Shown one piece after another: positions 12,875 through 22,383 of a stretch of 32,000 nucleotides of DNA. The notes below the pieces were generated by a model that had not been told where the DNA came from, ran no database searches, and worked only from the letters and a program-made list of their open reading frames with translations. The translations under genes were made by a program, and so were the position numbers. The stretch comes from Aliivibrio fischeri ES114 (GTDB lineage Bacteria > Pseudomonadota > Gammaproteobacteria > Enterobacterales > Vibrionaceae): assembly GCF_000011805.1 (NCBI RefSeq), contig NC_006840.2; one strand, 5' to 3'. Every line of letters begins with the position of its first letter. The stretch's first letter is position 1.

Positions 12875-13106
12875 GGTTTACTTCTTCATCAAAAATGGCA
12901 GACAGAGTAGTATATTCACGCCCAGAGCAATAGCAAGGGATGAAGCTATATACCTCTCACTTTTTCAAAAAATAGGTCAAAATTGACCTCAAACAGAGAA
13001 AGTTTCATCAGTCTCTTTATGTAGTAAAAAATCTAGCTAGCTCGCACTTTTTTATTCTTTAGCATTCTATATTTAGATAAGGACAAAGAAATAGCAGGAG
13101 CATACT

Positions 13107-13550
13107 ATGTTTACCGTAAAAGACATGATGACGACACATCCTCATACCCTGCTTCGTTCACACTCTTTAGAAGATGCCAAAGCGTTAATGGACGAGCACT
13201 GTATTAGACACATTCCTATCGTCGATACTGACGGCGCTTTAATTGGGCTTGTTACTCAACGAGACTTACTTTCAGCTCAATCGTCATGCTTAGAAAAGCC
13301 CACTTTTGAAGAAGTATCTACCCTCGATATCCCATTAAACAGCATCATGCATGAAAATGTCATGAGCATTGCTCCATATGGCGGATTAAAAGAAGCGGCG
13401 CTGTTTATGCAAAAACATAAAGTTGGTTGCCTACCGGTTGTGGAACGTGGCAAATTGGTGGGAATTATTACTGATTCTGATTTTGTTTCTATCGCTATCA
13501 ATTTATTAGAGTTACAAGAAGAGGTTGATCCATTAGAGCTTGACGAATAA
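13107..13550 (+). CDS. standalone CBS-pair domain protein
   Basis: 147-aa ORF with two CBS-like repeats (IRHIPIVDTDGALIGLVTQRDLL and VGCLPVVERGKLVGIITDSDFV). AGGAG Shine-Dalgarno 7 nt upstream of the ATG. Confidence 0.8.
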   Translation: MFTVKDMMTTHPHTLLRSHSLEDAKALMDEHCIRHIPIVDTDGALIGLVTQRDLLSAQSSCLEKPTFEEVSTLDIPLNSIMHENVMSIAPYGGLKEAALFMQKHKVGCLPVVERGKLVGIITDSDFVSIAINLLELQEEVDPLELDE

Positions 13551-13554
13551 CAGC

Positions 13555-13584
13555 CAAAAAGAAAGGGAGACTCCATTCTCCCTT
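13555..13584 (-). terminator. intrinsic terminator after aceA (possibly shared with the convergent CBS gene)
   Basis: AAGGGAGA (13563-13570) pairs with TCTCCCTT (13577-13584) around a 6-nt loop. On the minus strand the stem is followed by TTCTTTTTGG. Confidence 0.55.
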
Positions 13585-13630
13585 CAAATCCAGCTAGTGC
13601 TATTTATTTTAATTATTAATTACTTAATTC

Positions 13631-14959
13631 CTATGCACTGGTTTTAAATTGCTCTTCTTCTGTCGATCCCGTAAGTGCGGTTACTGATGATTGACCACCT
13701 TGAATGGTATTTGTCATTTTATCAAAATATCCGGTACCAACTTCTTGTTGGTGCGCTACAAAAGTATAGCCTTTCTCTGCTGCTTCAAATTCTTTACGTT
13801 GAACCATTTCAACATAGTGACGCATGCCTTCACCTTGAGCATAAGAGTGAGCCAATTCAAACATGTTAAACCACATATTATGAATACCAGCGAGCGTGAT
13901 GAATTGGTACTTATATCCCATATCCGCCAACTCTTGTTGGAATTTCGCAATCGTCTCTGAATCCAGATTTTTCTCCCAGTTAAATGATGGAGAACAGTTA
14001 TAAGCTAATAGCTGATTTGGGTATTTTGCATGAATTGCTTCTGCAAATTTACGTGCTTCTTCCAAACAAGGTGTCGCCGTTTCACACCACACAAGATCCG
14101 CATAAGGAGAATAAGCCAATCCTCTTGATATTGCCTGATCAATCCCCGCCGTTACTTTATAAAAACCTTCAGGTGTTCGCTCACCTTCAATGAACTCTTG
14201 ATCGTATGGATCACAATCTGATGTCAGCAAATCAGCCGCATTAGCATCGGTTCTAGCAATTACAAGTGTTCGGGTTCCGGCTACATCAGCAGCAAGACGA
14301 GCTGCTACCAACTTTTGCACCGCTTCTTGCGTTGGTACCAACACCTTCCCCCCCATATGACCGCACTTTTTCACTGACGCTAATTGATCTTCAAAGTGAA
14401 CGCCTGCAGCACCGGCTTCAATCATATTACGCATCAATTCATAACCATTAAGCACACCACCAAATCCCGCTTCTGCATCCGCTACAATAGGCAAAAAGTA
14501 ATCAATTCCCTCTTCAGGAGTTCCACCTGTAGACCATTGAATTTGGTCTGCTCGACGAAATGCATTATTAATTCGTTTCACTACCGATGGCACTGAATCT
14601 ACCGGATACAAAGATTGGTCTGGGTACATGGTTGATGCGGTATTATTATCCGCAGCTACTTGCCAACCTGACAGGTAAATAGCCTCAATTCCTGCTTTTG
14701 CTTGCTGGACTGCTTGTCCACCAGTCAACGCACCAAGACAATTCACATACCCTTTTTTAGAAGAACCATTGACTAGGTCCCACAATCTGTCTGCACCCTT
14801 TTGTGCAATGGTATTTTCTGGAGCAAAAGATCCACGAAGATTAATTACTTCTTCAGCCGTATAAGGACGAGTTACCCCATCCCAACGCGGATTTTCAGCC
14901 CAATCTTTTTCCAGTGCATCAATTTGCTGTTGGCGAGTTTGTGGTTTAAATGTCGTCAT
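13631..14959 (-). CDS. aceA: isocitrate lyase
   Basis: 442-aa ORF with the isocitrate lyase signature KKCGHMGGK and overall collinearity with enterobacterial AceA. Confidence 0.95.
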   Translation of the reverse strand: MTTFKPQTRQQQIDALEKDWAENPRWDGVTRPYTAEEVINLRGSFAPENTIAQKGADRLWDLVNGSSKKGYVNCLGALTGGQAVQQAKAGIEAIYLSGWQVAADNNTASTMYPDQSLYPVDSVPSVVKRINNAFRRADQIQWSTGGTPEEGIDYFLPIVADAEAGFGGVLNGYELMRNMIEAGAAGVHFEDQLASVKKCGHMGGKVLVPTQEAVQKLVAARLAADVAGTRTLVIARTDANAADLLTSDCDPYDQEFIEGERTPEGFYKVTAGIDQAISRGLAYSPYADLVWCETATPCLEEARKFAEAIHAKYPNQLLAYNCSPSFNWEKNLDSETIAKFQQELADMGYKYQFITLAGIHNMWFNMFELAHSYAQGEGMRHYVEMVQRKEFEAAEKGYTFVAHQQEVGTGYFDKMTNTIQGGQSSVTALTGSTEEEQFKTSA

Positions 14960-14973
14960 AATCGTTCCCTCTC

Positions 14974-16578
14974 TTATAGGTATTGGTAGCCAGGTAGTGT
15001 TAAAAAGTCCGTAAGTTGATCACTGGTGGTTAGTTGCTCCATCAGCTTTGCAGCTTGAGTAAATTGGCCAGAATCAAAACGCTCTGTTCCCAACTCTTTC
15101 TCTATTACTTTCATCTCTTCCAGTAACATGGTTCTGAATAGTTCAGCAGTAACAACTGCACCACTATCTAGTGTTTTGCCATGTTGTATCCATTGCCAAA
15201 TAGACGTTCGTGATATTTCTGCGGTAGCCGCATCTTCCATTAATCCGTAAATAGGCACGCAGCCATTTCCTGATATCCAAGCTTCAATGTATTGCACTGC
15301 AACTCGAATGTTATGACGCATTCCTTCTTCTGTTCTTTCTCCTTCACATGGTGCCAGTAATTCCTCTGCAGTAATTGGCGCATCAGTATCTCGTGTAATA
15401 TCCAGTTGATTCATTCGTTCACCTAATACTGAATCAAACTCTACTCTTGCCGTATCAGCTAAGCCAGGATGAGCGACCCAAGTACCATCATGTCCGTTAC
15501 CGGCTTCTAATGATTTATCGGTTTGAATTTTATTTAGTACCCAGTCATTTTTTACTGGATCTTTTGATGGGATAAAGGCGGCCATTCCCCCCATCGCAAA
15601 TGCTCCTCTTCTGTGGCATGTTCGAATGAGTAATCGTGAATACGCATTGAGAAACGGTTTTTCCATGGTCACCACTTGGCGATCCGGTAATACACGGTCT
15701 GGGTGATTTTTTAATGTTTTGATGTAGCTGAAGATATAATCCCAACGTCCACAATTCAGTCCAACAATATGCTCTTTTAAGCTATATAGAATTTCATCCA
15801 TCTCAAATACAGCAGGTAATGTTTCAATAAGAACAGTGGCTTTAATTGTTCCCTGCTTTAATCCGAATTCACGTTCAGCAAAACTGAACACATCACTCCA
15901 CCACGCCGCTTCTTGATACGCCTGCAACTTAGGTAAATAAAAATATGGGCCGCTGCCTTTTTTTAAAGACGTTTGATAGTTGTGATAAAAATAAAGAGCA
16001 AAATCAAACAAAGCTCCAGGTATTGCAACACCATTAAATAGCACGTGCTTTTCAGGAAGGTGCAAACCGCGAACTCGACAAATCAATACCGCAGGATCTT
16101 GCTTTAGTTGATACACTTTTTGAGTTTTGGGGTTGGTATATTGAATCGTGCCATTCATGGCATCTCTTAGATTAATCTGACCATTAAGTACAGCCTCCCA
16201 TGATGGTGCTAATGAATCTTCAAAATCTGCCATAAACACTTTTACATTGGCATTAAGTGCGTTAATCACCATTTTTCTATCTGTTGGGCCAGTAATTTCT
16301 ACTCGGCGATCTTGTAAATCTGCAGGAATACCTTGGATACTCCACTCTGATTCTCGAATAGAACGCGTTTCACTTAAGAAATTAGGCAATTTCCCTGCGT
16401 CTATTTTTTTCTGGCGCAGCTGACGAGTTTCTAAAAGCTCAGGAATCCGGTGTGCAAATTTTTCGACAACATGAGTAAGAAATCGAACAGCACCTGCAGT
16501 TAACACCTCTTCAACTTGAGGCAAATGCGGTTTAGTAATGGTTATTTGTTGTTCTTTAATTGTCATGGTATCAGTCAT
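14974..16578 (-). CDS. aceB: malate synthase A
   Basis: Collinear with E. coli AceB along the full length ([55 protein letters not shown]). The ORF-track start at 16596 is a TTG. The ATG at 16578 ([10 protein letters not shown]) has a GGAGG Shine-Dalgarno 8 nt upstream and is preferred. Confidence 0.93.
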   Translation of the reverse strand: MTDTMTIKEQQITITKPHLPQVEEVLTAGAVRFLTHVVEKFAHRIPELLETRQLRQKKIDAGKLPNFLSETRSIRESEWSIQGIPADLQDRRVEITGPTDRKMVINALNANVKVFMADFEDSLAPSWEAVLNGQINLRDAMNGTIQYTNPKTQKVYQLKQDPAVLICRVRGLHLPEKHVLFNGVAIPGALFDFALYFYHNYQTSLKKGSGPYFYLPKLQAYQEAAWWSDVFSFAEREFGLKQGTIKATVLIETLPAVFEMDEILYSLKEHIVGLNCGRWDYIFSYIKTLKNHPDRVLPDRQVVTMEKPFLNAYSRLLIRTCHRRGAFAMGGMAAFIPSKDPVKNDWVLNKIQTDKSLEAGNGHDGTWVAHPGLADTARVEFDSVLGERMNQLDITRDTDAPITAEELLAPCEGERTEEGMRHNIRVAVQYIEAWISGNGCVPIYGLMEDAATAEISRTSIWQWIQHGKTLDSGAVVTAELFRTMLLEEMKVIEKELGTERFDSGQFTQAAKLMEQLTTSDQLTDFLTLPGYQYL

Positions 16579-17103
16579 AGTTTGCGCCTCCGGCAAAATT
16601 ACATTTGTAACTAAAACACTACGATTTAGTATTCATGTATCATCCTGTGGGTTACTTTTCTTGCTTACGCTTATTACATTCTCGAAAGTCGGAATCAATT
16701 ACAACCCCGACCAAAGGCTAATAAAGACTCGAAAAGCCGATAAAACATCAGTAAAAACCCGTAAATTGAATTATGAGTAAATGCTCTATAGATATAATTG
16801 TCAAAATTTAATTTTTACAATCAAGCAACATTAAAACGCTCAAAAGATCTAAAAATTACGTAATTAAATTACAAAAAATAAAGTTGTAAAATTTAACATG
16901 TAAAATTCACAGTTTTAATTTCATAAGTAAAACAGCAGGATAGAAGTGAATATTATAAAAGGAGGTGTCACAACCTAAGCGCACAAGTTAGAAGTGATGA
17001 CTGACAACAAGAAGAGATAAAACAAACTGATTTGAAGTAATATTATTTAAATATAAAGAAGTGAGAATGCGATCACGATTTTCTTTCATTATTCAAAAGT
17101 AGA

Positions 17104-17137
17104 AAGGCGACTATTTATAAAAATAAATAATCGCCTT
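17104..17137 (-). terminator. intrinsic terminator after the oxyR-like gene
   Basis: Extended hairpin AAGGCGA-c-TATTTAT / ATAAATA-a-TCGCCTT. On the minus strand it is followed by TCTACTTTT. Lies 16 nt downstream of the stop at 17153. Confidence 0.6.
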
Positions 17138-17152
17138 GTATCAAGAAATTCA

Positions 17153-18052
17153 CTATAAAATATCTTCGACAATATCAGCTAACTGATGAAACGCCTGCAA
17201 ACGAGAAGAGCTTGGGCGCCATACTAAACCAATATCACGTGATGCTTCTTGGCCTGGCGGCTCAACGACAACTAAATTTTGATTATCGAGTAATCCATGC
17301 TTAATCGCCATTTGAGGAATAAAAGTAGTACCCAACCCATTGGCAACCATCTGTACTAATGTATGCAAGCTTGTCGCGGTGAATGGATTAATTTTTTCTC
17401 GCTTCGTTAACTTACACGCTGAAACAGCATGTTCTGTTAAGCAATGCTCTTTCTCTAGTAAGAACACAAACTCATCAGGCAAATCATCATAGCGGATAGG
17501 CGTAGAAATAGAACTCGCTTGGTCTTTACTAATTACCATTTTAAATGGGTCTTGACCAACAACCAGACTTTCCATTCCTGCAATATCAACAGGAAGAGCA
17601 AGAATCAATACATCTAATTGCCCTTGTCTTAATGCCGCTAATAGATTCGTCGTCGTATCTTCTCTTAGTAATAGAGTGAGTTGAGGGTATTTTTCATTCA
17701 CCTCTTGCACTAAGTCACATAATAAAAAAGGCGCAATAGTCGGTATGCAGCCAACACGTAATTGACCTTGCATTGAATCACCTTGACATAAAGACCCTAG
17801 CTCAATCAGGTCTTGGCCTTTTGCCAACAATTCTCGTCCTTGCTCTACGACTCTTTCACCTACTGGGGTAAAAACAAGTGTTTTTTTATCTCTTTCATAT
17901 AATGTACAACCGATCAACTCTTCAAGGTTTTGTATCCCTTTACTCAGGGTTGATTGGCTAACAAAACATTTTTCTGCAGCTTCACCAAAATGACGCGTTT
18001 CGTGCAGAGTAATGAAGTAGTGTAGCTGTTTTAATGAGGGCCATTTATTCAT
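17153..18052 (-). CDS. oxyR: LysR-family hydrogen peroxide sensor, OxyR type
   Basis: 299-aa ORF with an N-terminal wHTH (LKQLHYFITLHETRHFGEAAEKCFVSQSTLSKGIQNLE). It has the OxyR redox pair with exact spacing, H-C204-LTEHAVSA-C213 (E. coli HC199...C208). Divergent from a peroxiredoxin gene. Confidence 0.85.
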   Translation of the reverse strand: MNKWPSLKQLHYFITLHETRHFGEAAEKCFVSQSTLSKGIQNLEELIGCTLYERDKKTLVFTPVGERVVEQGRELLAKGQDLIELGSLCQGDSMQGQLRVGCIPTIAPFLLCDLVQEVNEKYPQLTLLLREDTTTNLLAALRQGQLDVLILALPVDIAGMESLVVGQDPFKMVISKDQASSISTPIRYDDLPDEFVFLLEKEHCLTEHAVSACKLTKREKINPFTATSLHTLVQMVANGLGTTFIPQMAIKHGLLDNQNLVVVEPPGQEASRDIGLVWRPSSSRLQAFHQLADIVEDIL

Positions 18053-18197
18053 CGCTTTTCTCGATTACATCAATCTATTTAATTCGCTTTTTTCAATCAT
18101 ACCTTTTGTACTATAGTTTGTCCCGTCGAAACATTTGTTATGAAAAAACAAAGCCAAACAAGAAGTTTGGATATCTAACTTTTTAGGAGATTCAAAA
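18053..18197. promoter_or_regulatory. divergent oxyR / peroxiredoxin control region (expected OxyR operator)
   Basis: 145-bp spacer between the divergent genes. It contains CTAT/ATAG elements (atcaatCTATtt, gtaCTATAGttt) reminiscent of the ATAG-N7-CTAT OxyR motif. A CCAAAC-aagaa-GTTTGG hairpin sits in the peroxiredoxin leader. No exact operator could be defined by eye. Confidence 0.35.
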
Positions 18198-18806
18198 ATG
18201 GTACTAGTAGGTCGTCAAGCACCAGACTTTACTGCTGCAGCTGTTCTAGGTAACGGTGAAATCGTTGATAACTTCAACTTCGCAGAATTCACTAAAGGTA
18301 AGAAAGCGGTAGTATTTTTCTACCCACTAGACTTCACTTTCGTTTGTCCATCAGAGCTAATCGCTTTTGACAACCGTCTAGAAGATTTCCAAGCGAAAGG
18401 CGTTGAAGTAATCGGTGTTTCTATCGATTCTCAATTCTCTCACAACGCATGGCGTAACACTGCTATCGAAGATGGCGGTATCGGTCAAGTTAAGTACCCT
18501 CTAGTTGCTGACGTTAAGCACGAAATCTGTAAAGCATACGACGTTGAGCACCCAGAAGCTGGTGTTGCTTTCCGTGGTTCTTTCCTAATCGATGCAGATG
18601 GTCTTGTTCGTCACCAAGTAGTTAACGACCTTCCACTAGGCCGTAACATTGACGAAATGCTACGCATGGTAGACGCACTAAACTTCCACGAGAAGAACGG
18701 TGAAGTTTGTCCAGCACAATGGGAAGAAGGCAAAGCAGGTATGGACGCATCTCCAAAAGGTGTTGCATCGTTCCTATCTGAACACGCTGACGACCTAAGC
18801 AAGTAA
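18198..18806 (+). CDS. typical 2-Cys peroxiredoxin (AhpC/Prx1 subfamily)
   Basis: 202-aa ORF. Peroxidatic Cys in DFTFVC50PSE and resolving Cys in GEVCPAQW. AGGAG Shine-Dalgarno 8 nt upstream. Confidence 0.9.
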   Translation: MVLVGRQAPDFTAAAVLGNGEIVDNFNFAEFTKGKKAVVFFYPLDFTFVCPSELIAFDNRLEDFQAKGVEVIGVSIDSQFSHNAWRNTAIEDGGIGQVKYPLVADVKHEICKAYDVEHPEAGVAFRGSFLIDADGLVRHQVVNDLPLGRNIDEMLRMVDALNFHEKNGEVCPAQWEEGKAGMDASPKGVASFLSEHADDLSK

Positions 18807-18925
18807 TTCTATTAGAGCTCTTACCACAAAGAGCTCGATGCACCTAATGCTCAACGGTGCATGTGGCTAGAATATTAAAAGCATATAAATGCGACAGCCA
18901 AAAATCAGAAAGTTTGCCTAATACT

Positions 18926-18964
18926 AAAAGCCCTAAAGTTATCTTTAGGGCTTTTCTTTGTTTT
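18926..18964 (+). terminator. intrinsic terminator of the peroxiredoxin transcript
   Basis: 13-bp stem AAAAGCCCTAAAG / CTTTAGGGCTTTT with a 4-nt loop, followed by CTTTGTTTT. Confidence 0.75.
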
Positions 18965-19086
18965 CAGCAAAATTACACATTTATCCCTTATTAACTCTAA
19001 TATAGATTCAATTCTGACGCCCTCTTCACACTACTTTCTTGGTTTATCCCTTACACTACAAGTATCTTTTTTTATATTTTTATATC

Positions 19087-19830
19087 ATGTCTATTCAAAT
19101 TGAAGTCTGTATCGACAACCTAGAATCTCTACATAACGCAATAGCAGGTGGAGCAGATCGCATTGAACTTTGCTCTTCTTTAGCTCTTGGTGGCTTAACT
19201 CCAAGCTTTGGCTTTATGAAAAAAGCCGCTGAAATCTCCCCTATTCCTGTCTATGCAATGATAAGACCTCGCCAAGGTGATTTCTTATATGATAACGATG
19301 ATATATCAGCCATGATTTCTGATATCCAAGCGGCTAAATTAGCAGGCTTACAGGGCGTTGTATTTGGCGTATTAAAAGCCAATGGCGACATTGACATGCC
19401 ACTTTCAGCTCGTTTAATGAAAATAGCTAACGATAATGATTTAGGCGTGACTTTTCATCGTGCTATAGACCAATGTTCTAACTATAAAAAAGCGATTGAG
19501 AATATTGCAGAACTTGGCTGTGAACGCATTCTAACCTCAGGGTTAGCAGCGAATGCCTATGATGGGATAAATGTACTAGCAGATATGGTTAAACTCGCCA
19601 ATGGACGTTTTGATATATTAGCTGGTGCAGGTGTCACCGCAGAAAATGCAAAAGAAATAATAGAGAAAACAGGTGTGAAAGAGATTCACTTATCAGGTAA
19701 GTCCACACGACCAAGTAAAATGAAACTGGTTTTAGATGGAGTGAAAATGGGTGCCGGTGATTTGGATGATTTTATTGTCCCAGTGACGGACTCTAAAAAA
19801 ATTGATGCCGTTAAGCAGCGCATAAAATAA
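19087..19830 (+). CDS. cutC: copper homeostasis protein CutC family
   Basis: Collinear with E. coli CutC (IEVC...ADRIELC..L..GGLTPS.G......IPV..MIRPR.GDF.Y...... VTFHRA.D). The ORF-track start at 19039 is a TTG with a 16-residue extension. The ATG at 19087 ([10 protein letters not shown]) aligns with the family N-terminus, although no clear Shine-Dalgarno is visible. Confidence 0.8.
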
Positions 19831-19834
19831 AAAT

Positions 19835-19866
19835 AAAAAAGCCAGAGTACAAAAACTCTGGCTTTT
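19835..19866. terminator. bidirectional intrinsic terminator between cutC (+) and the ygiW-like gene (-)
   Basis: GCCAGAGT (19841-19848) pairs with ACTCTGGC (19855-19862), flanked by A6 upstream and T4 downstream. Confidence 0.7.
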
Positions 19867-19886
19867 ATAAGTAAAATAACGAGTAA

Positions 19887-20249
19887 TTATTTAGCTAATT
19901 GAACTGTATTTACGTCAATTGTTGTCTCAGTCCACTCTTTATCCACTTCACCATGAATAACTAATTTCGTTTCTGGTGTAGCTTCAATACCATTCCAGTC
20001 TTTATTATCAATCTCGATTCTCACTTCACCCGTCGCATCTTTAAATTGATATTCTTCATTACCTAAAGAAGACGTAATGTAGCCAGTTAATACAACCGCA
20101 GCATCATCATCAGAATCAAGTGCAGCTCGAACCGTACTAACAGAAACTGAACTAGGGCCAGTAAAGCCACCTTTAACTGGTGCGTTCTGAGCAGCAAAAA
20201 CACTTGAAGAAGCGAAAACTAATGCACTAACTAATACGATTTTTTTCAT
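19887..20249 (-). CDS. ygiW: periplasmic bacterial OB-fold (BOF) protein, YgiW family
   Basis: 120-aa ORF with a signal peptide (MKKIVLVSALVFASSSVFA). GGFTGP...V..A......D....L.G.I......Y.FKDATG...I.ID.K.WNG......T...I.GEVDK.W....IDV is collinear with E. coli YgiW. Confidence 0.8.
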   Translation of the reverse strand: MKKIVLVSALVFASSSVFAAQNAPVKGGFTGPSSVSVSTVRAALDSDDDAAVVLTGYITSSLGNEEYQFKDATGEVRIEIDNKDWNGIEATPETKLVIHGEVDKEWTETTIDVNTVQLAK

Positions 20250-20305
20250 TTTATTATGTCCAATTAACTTAGATTTGTAATCTTTAACTATTCGATGGAG
20301 CTATA

Positions 20306-20941
20306 TTAAAAGTAGTAAGCTGAACTCAACATGAACGAAGTAGAATTAGCAATACTATCTACTTGGTAGCTTGCTGAAGCACCTAAAGCAAGGTTAGGAA
20401 TTACCATGTATTCAATGCCAACGCTTGCAATACCACCGAATACGCTTTCAGATTTTGAATCACCAGCAACATAATCTTGTGTGAATTCATGATCTGTTAG
20501 GTCATTTTCATATTCAGTATTCGCAGATGAATCAAATTTATATTGAGTATAAGTCAAACCTAAGCCTGTTTTTAATTGTACTTTTTCATTGATGTTATAA
20601 AAATACACAGGTTTAAAGGTAAATTGAGTTGCATCTAAATCAGCATCCCACTCACGCTCTTTAGTATAACCAGGTTTATCAGACACTAGCATTTGACTAC
20701 GAGAATCATCACTCTCAAATTTTTTGTAGCCGAACTCAAGGCCAAATTCATTAAAACGATAGCCAACAAAACCACCAAAAGCAGAACTAGAATCATCAGG
20801 AGTTAATGACACATTGTCATTTGAAAAAGTTGTTGAGTAATCATGACTCATGTTTGTTAGGCCGTATTCTAAACCTACATATGGGGCAGCAATTGTTGCT
20901 GTTGAAGTGGCAGCCATTAGCAAAAATAAATACTTTTTCAT
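20306..20941 (-). CDS. small outer-membrane beta-barrel protein (OmpA-like/OmpX-like barrel family)
   Basis: 211-aa ORF with a signal peptide (MKKYLFLLMAATSTATIAA), alternating amphipathic beta-strand pattern with aromatic girdles, and a terminal aromatic residue (SSAYYF). Probably co-transcribed with the ygiW-like gene (56-bp gap, same strand). Confidence 0.7.
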   Translation of the reverse strand: MKKYLFLLMAATSTATIAAPYVGLEYGLTNMSHDYSTTFSNDNVSLTPDDSSSAFGGFVGYRFNEFGLEFGYKKFESDDSRSQMLVSDKPGYTKEREWDADLDATQFTFKPVYFYNINEKVQLKTGLGLTYTQYKFDSSANTEYENDLTDHEFTQDYVAGDSKSESVFGGIASVGIEYMVIPNLALGASASYQVDSIANSTSFMLSSAYYF

Positions 20942-21248
20942 TGTAATTCAATCCTATAGTTATGATGTTGAGCTTGGTGTTAATTCGTTAATGTCGCTAC
21001 TATAAAGAAGAGATCGTGAAGAAAGTGTGAAGAACACCTTCATATAGATTTACAATTCATAATTACATTCATTTTGAATACTTTTACAGCCGCAATAAAC
21101 TACAGGATAGCAATAAGGCGAAATTTATTTTCCTTACTAATTCAATACGATAGTAATAAACTTACTCTTGGTCTTAAGTAATAATATAAGTACTATAGAA
21201 AGAGACTTAAAAAAGCACACCAAATTATTTATAAGGAAATAAGTAAAT

Positions 21249-22178
21249 ATGGCAAAAGATCTATTCGCAACATTGGATTTAAATTTGCTGAGAACATTTT
21301 TAATTCTTTCTCAAGAATTGAATATGCGAAAAGCCTCTGAACGCTTATTTGTCTCTCAACCGGCAATTAGCCAAGCATTGCAAAAATTGCGAAATCACTT
21401 CAATGATGAGCTGTTTATTAAAGTTCGCCATGGCCTTAAACCAACCCCCTTTGCCGAAGAATTAGCGGAAAATATCCAACCTTATTTAGATGGTCTATCG
21501 TCGGTATTAAATGCATCACAAGAATTCCAACCAGAAAATTTAAATAAGACATTGAAAATTGCTTTAGCACCTCAAGTATTAACCTGTTTATCTGGTGCTT
21601 TATTTCATGAGGTCAGAGAAAAAGCACCTAATGTTGATTTACAACTGGTCAATTGGTCAGAATCTACTTTTGATGATTTGAGCAAGGGTAAATTAGATAT
21701 CGCAATCAGTTACGAATATGACAAATTTCCTAAAGAGTTACTTTCAAAAAGTCTAATAACAATAACTGGATGCGTCATTGTTAGAAAAGATCACCCAATA
21801 GAAAAAATGATTGCAACACCATATGACTTTGAAGGATATGAACTGGCTTCTTTAATTATTCCTGGTTGGAACGATAACAAAAGTTTAGCAAGTGAGCTTC
21901 TAACCAAGATGAATATTGAACATAAGATAGGGTTTCGTTCAGAGCTACCAATGGCGCTAGTTGATGTTGTTCAGCATACAGACATGTATTTCCCTTCCAC
22001 CTCCTTATTTCCAATTCATCAATACTCAGGTTTAAGACGAATCGATTTATCTCTTGATGATGTGCCATTAAATTACCCAATCTATAGCTATTTCCACCAA
22101 AGACATAAAAAAAATGCACTGCACGCTTGGGTTAATCAGCTTATTACGAATTTATTATCAGAAGCAAATATCAAATAA
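21249..22178 (+). CDS. LysR-family transcriptional regulator
   Basis: 309-aa ORF with an N-terminal wHTH (LDLNLLRTFLILSQELNMRKASERLFVSQPAISQALQKLRNHFNDELF) and a C-terminal substrate-binding-like domain. Divergent from the OMP/ygiW pair. Confidence 0.85.
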   Translation: MAKDLFATLDLNLLRTFLILSQELNMRKASERLFVSQPAISQALQKLRNHFNDELFIKVRHGLKPTPFAEELAENIQPYLDGLSSVLNASQEFQPENLNKTLKIALAPQVLTCLSGALFHEVREKAPNVDLQLVNWSESTFDDLSKGKLDIAISYEYDKFPKELLSKSLITITGCVIVRKDHPIEKMIATPYDFEGYELASLIIPGWNDNKSLASELLTKMNIEHKIGFRSELPMALVDVVQHTDMYFPSTSLFPIHQYSGLRRIDLSLDDVPLNYPIYSYFHQRHKKNALHAWVNQLITNLLSEANIK

Positions 22179-22383
22179 GTATGCCTTATGAGCTACATAA
22201 TGAAAGATGATTGGTTCACTATCATAAGTATTTATATTATCTAAACCAGTCAACAGGAATGATATTCAAGCGTATTACTACTGTTACTGCGATATTTACT
22301 TTATCAAGGAGTGATGAAGTTTTTAGAATAGGCTTTATTGCAACTCTACTTTCCGTCTTTGACACTTACCGTTAGGTAACTTC

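Noticed and set aside
13277-13576. 99-aa ORF antisense to the CBS-pair gene
   Set aside because: The plus-strand CBS ORF has a clear repeat architecture and an AGGAG Shine-Dalgarno. The antisense ORF runs through the terminator hairpin and has no supporting signal.
16538-16780. 80-aa plus-strand ORF spanning the aceB start and its upstream region
   Set aside because: It overlaps the aceB N-terminus and Shine-Dalgarno antisense. It has no Shine-Dalgarno of its own, and its composition simply mirrors the AT-rich spacer.
16579-16920. IclR-box or TyrR-box (TGTAAA-N6-TTTACA) assignment for the aceB upstream palindromes
   Set aside because: The spacing and half-sites do not fit either consensus as I remember them. 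For example, TGTCAA and TTTACA are separated by 9 nt, not 6. The motifs are reported only as unassigned.
19039-19086. N-terminal extensions in the ORF track from alternative or upstream starts: cutC TTG at 19039, aceB TTG at 16596, tgt 11635, tsf 1866, pstB 25821, OMP 22697, repeat protein 24079
   Set aside because: In each case a downstream start aligns with the family N-terminus or with a signal peptide. In most cases (not cutC) it also has a better Shine-Dalgarno. The extensions overlap upstream genes or add non-homologous residues.
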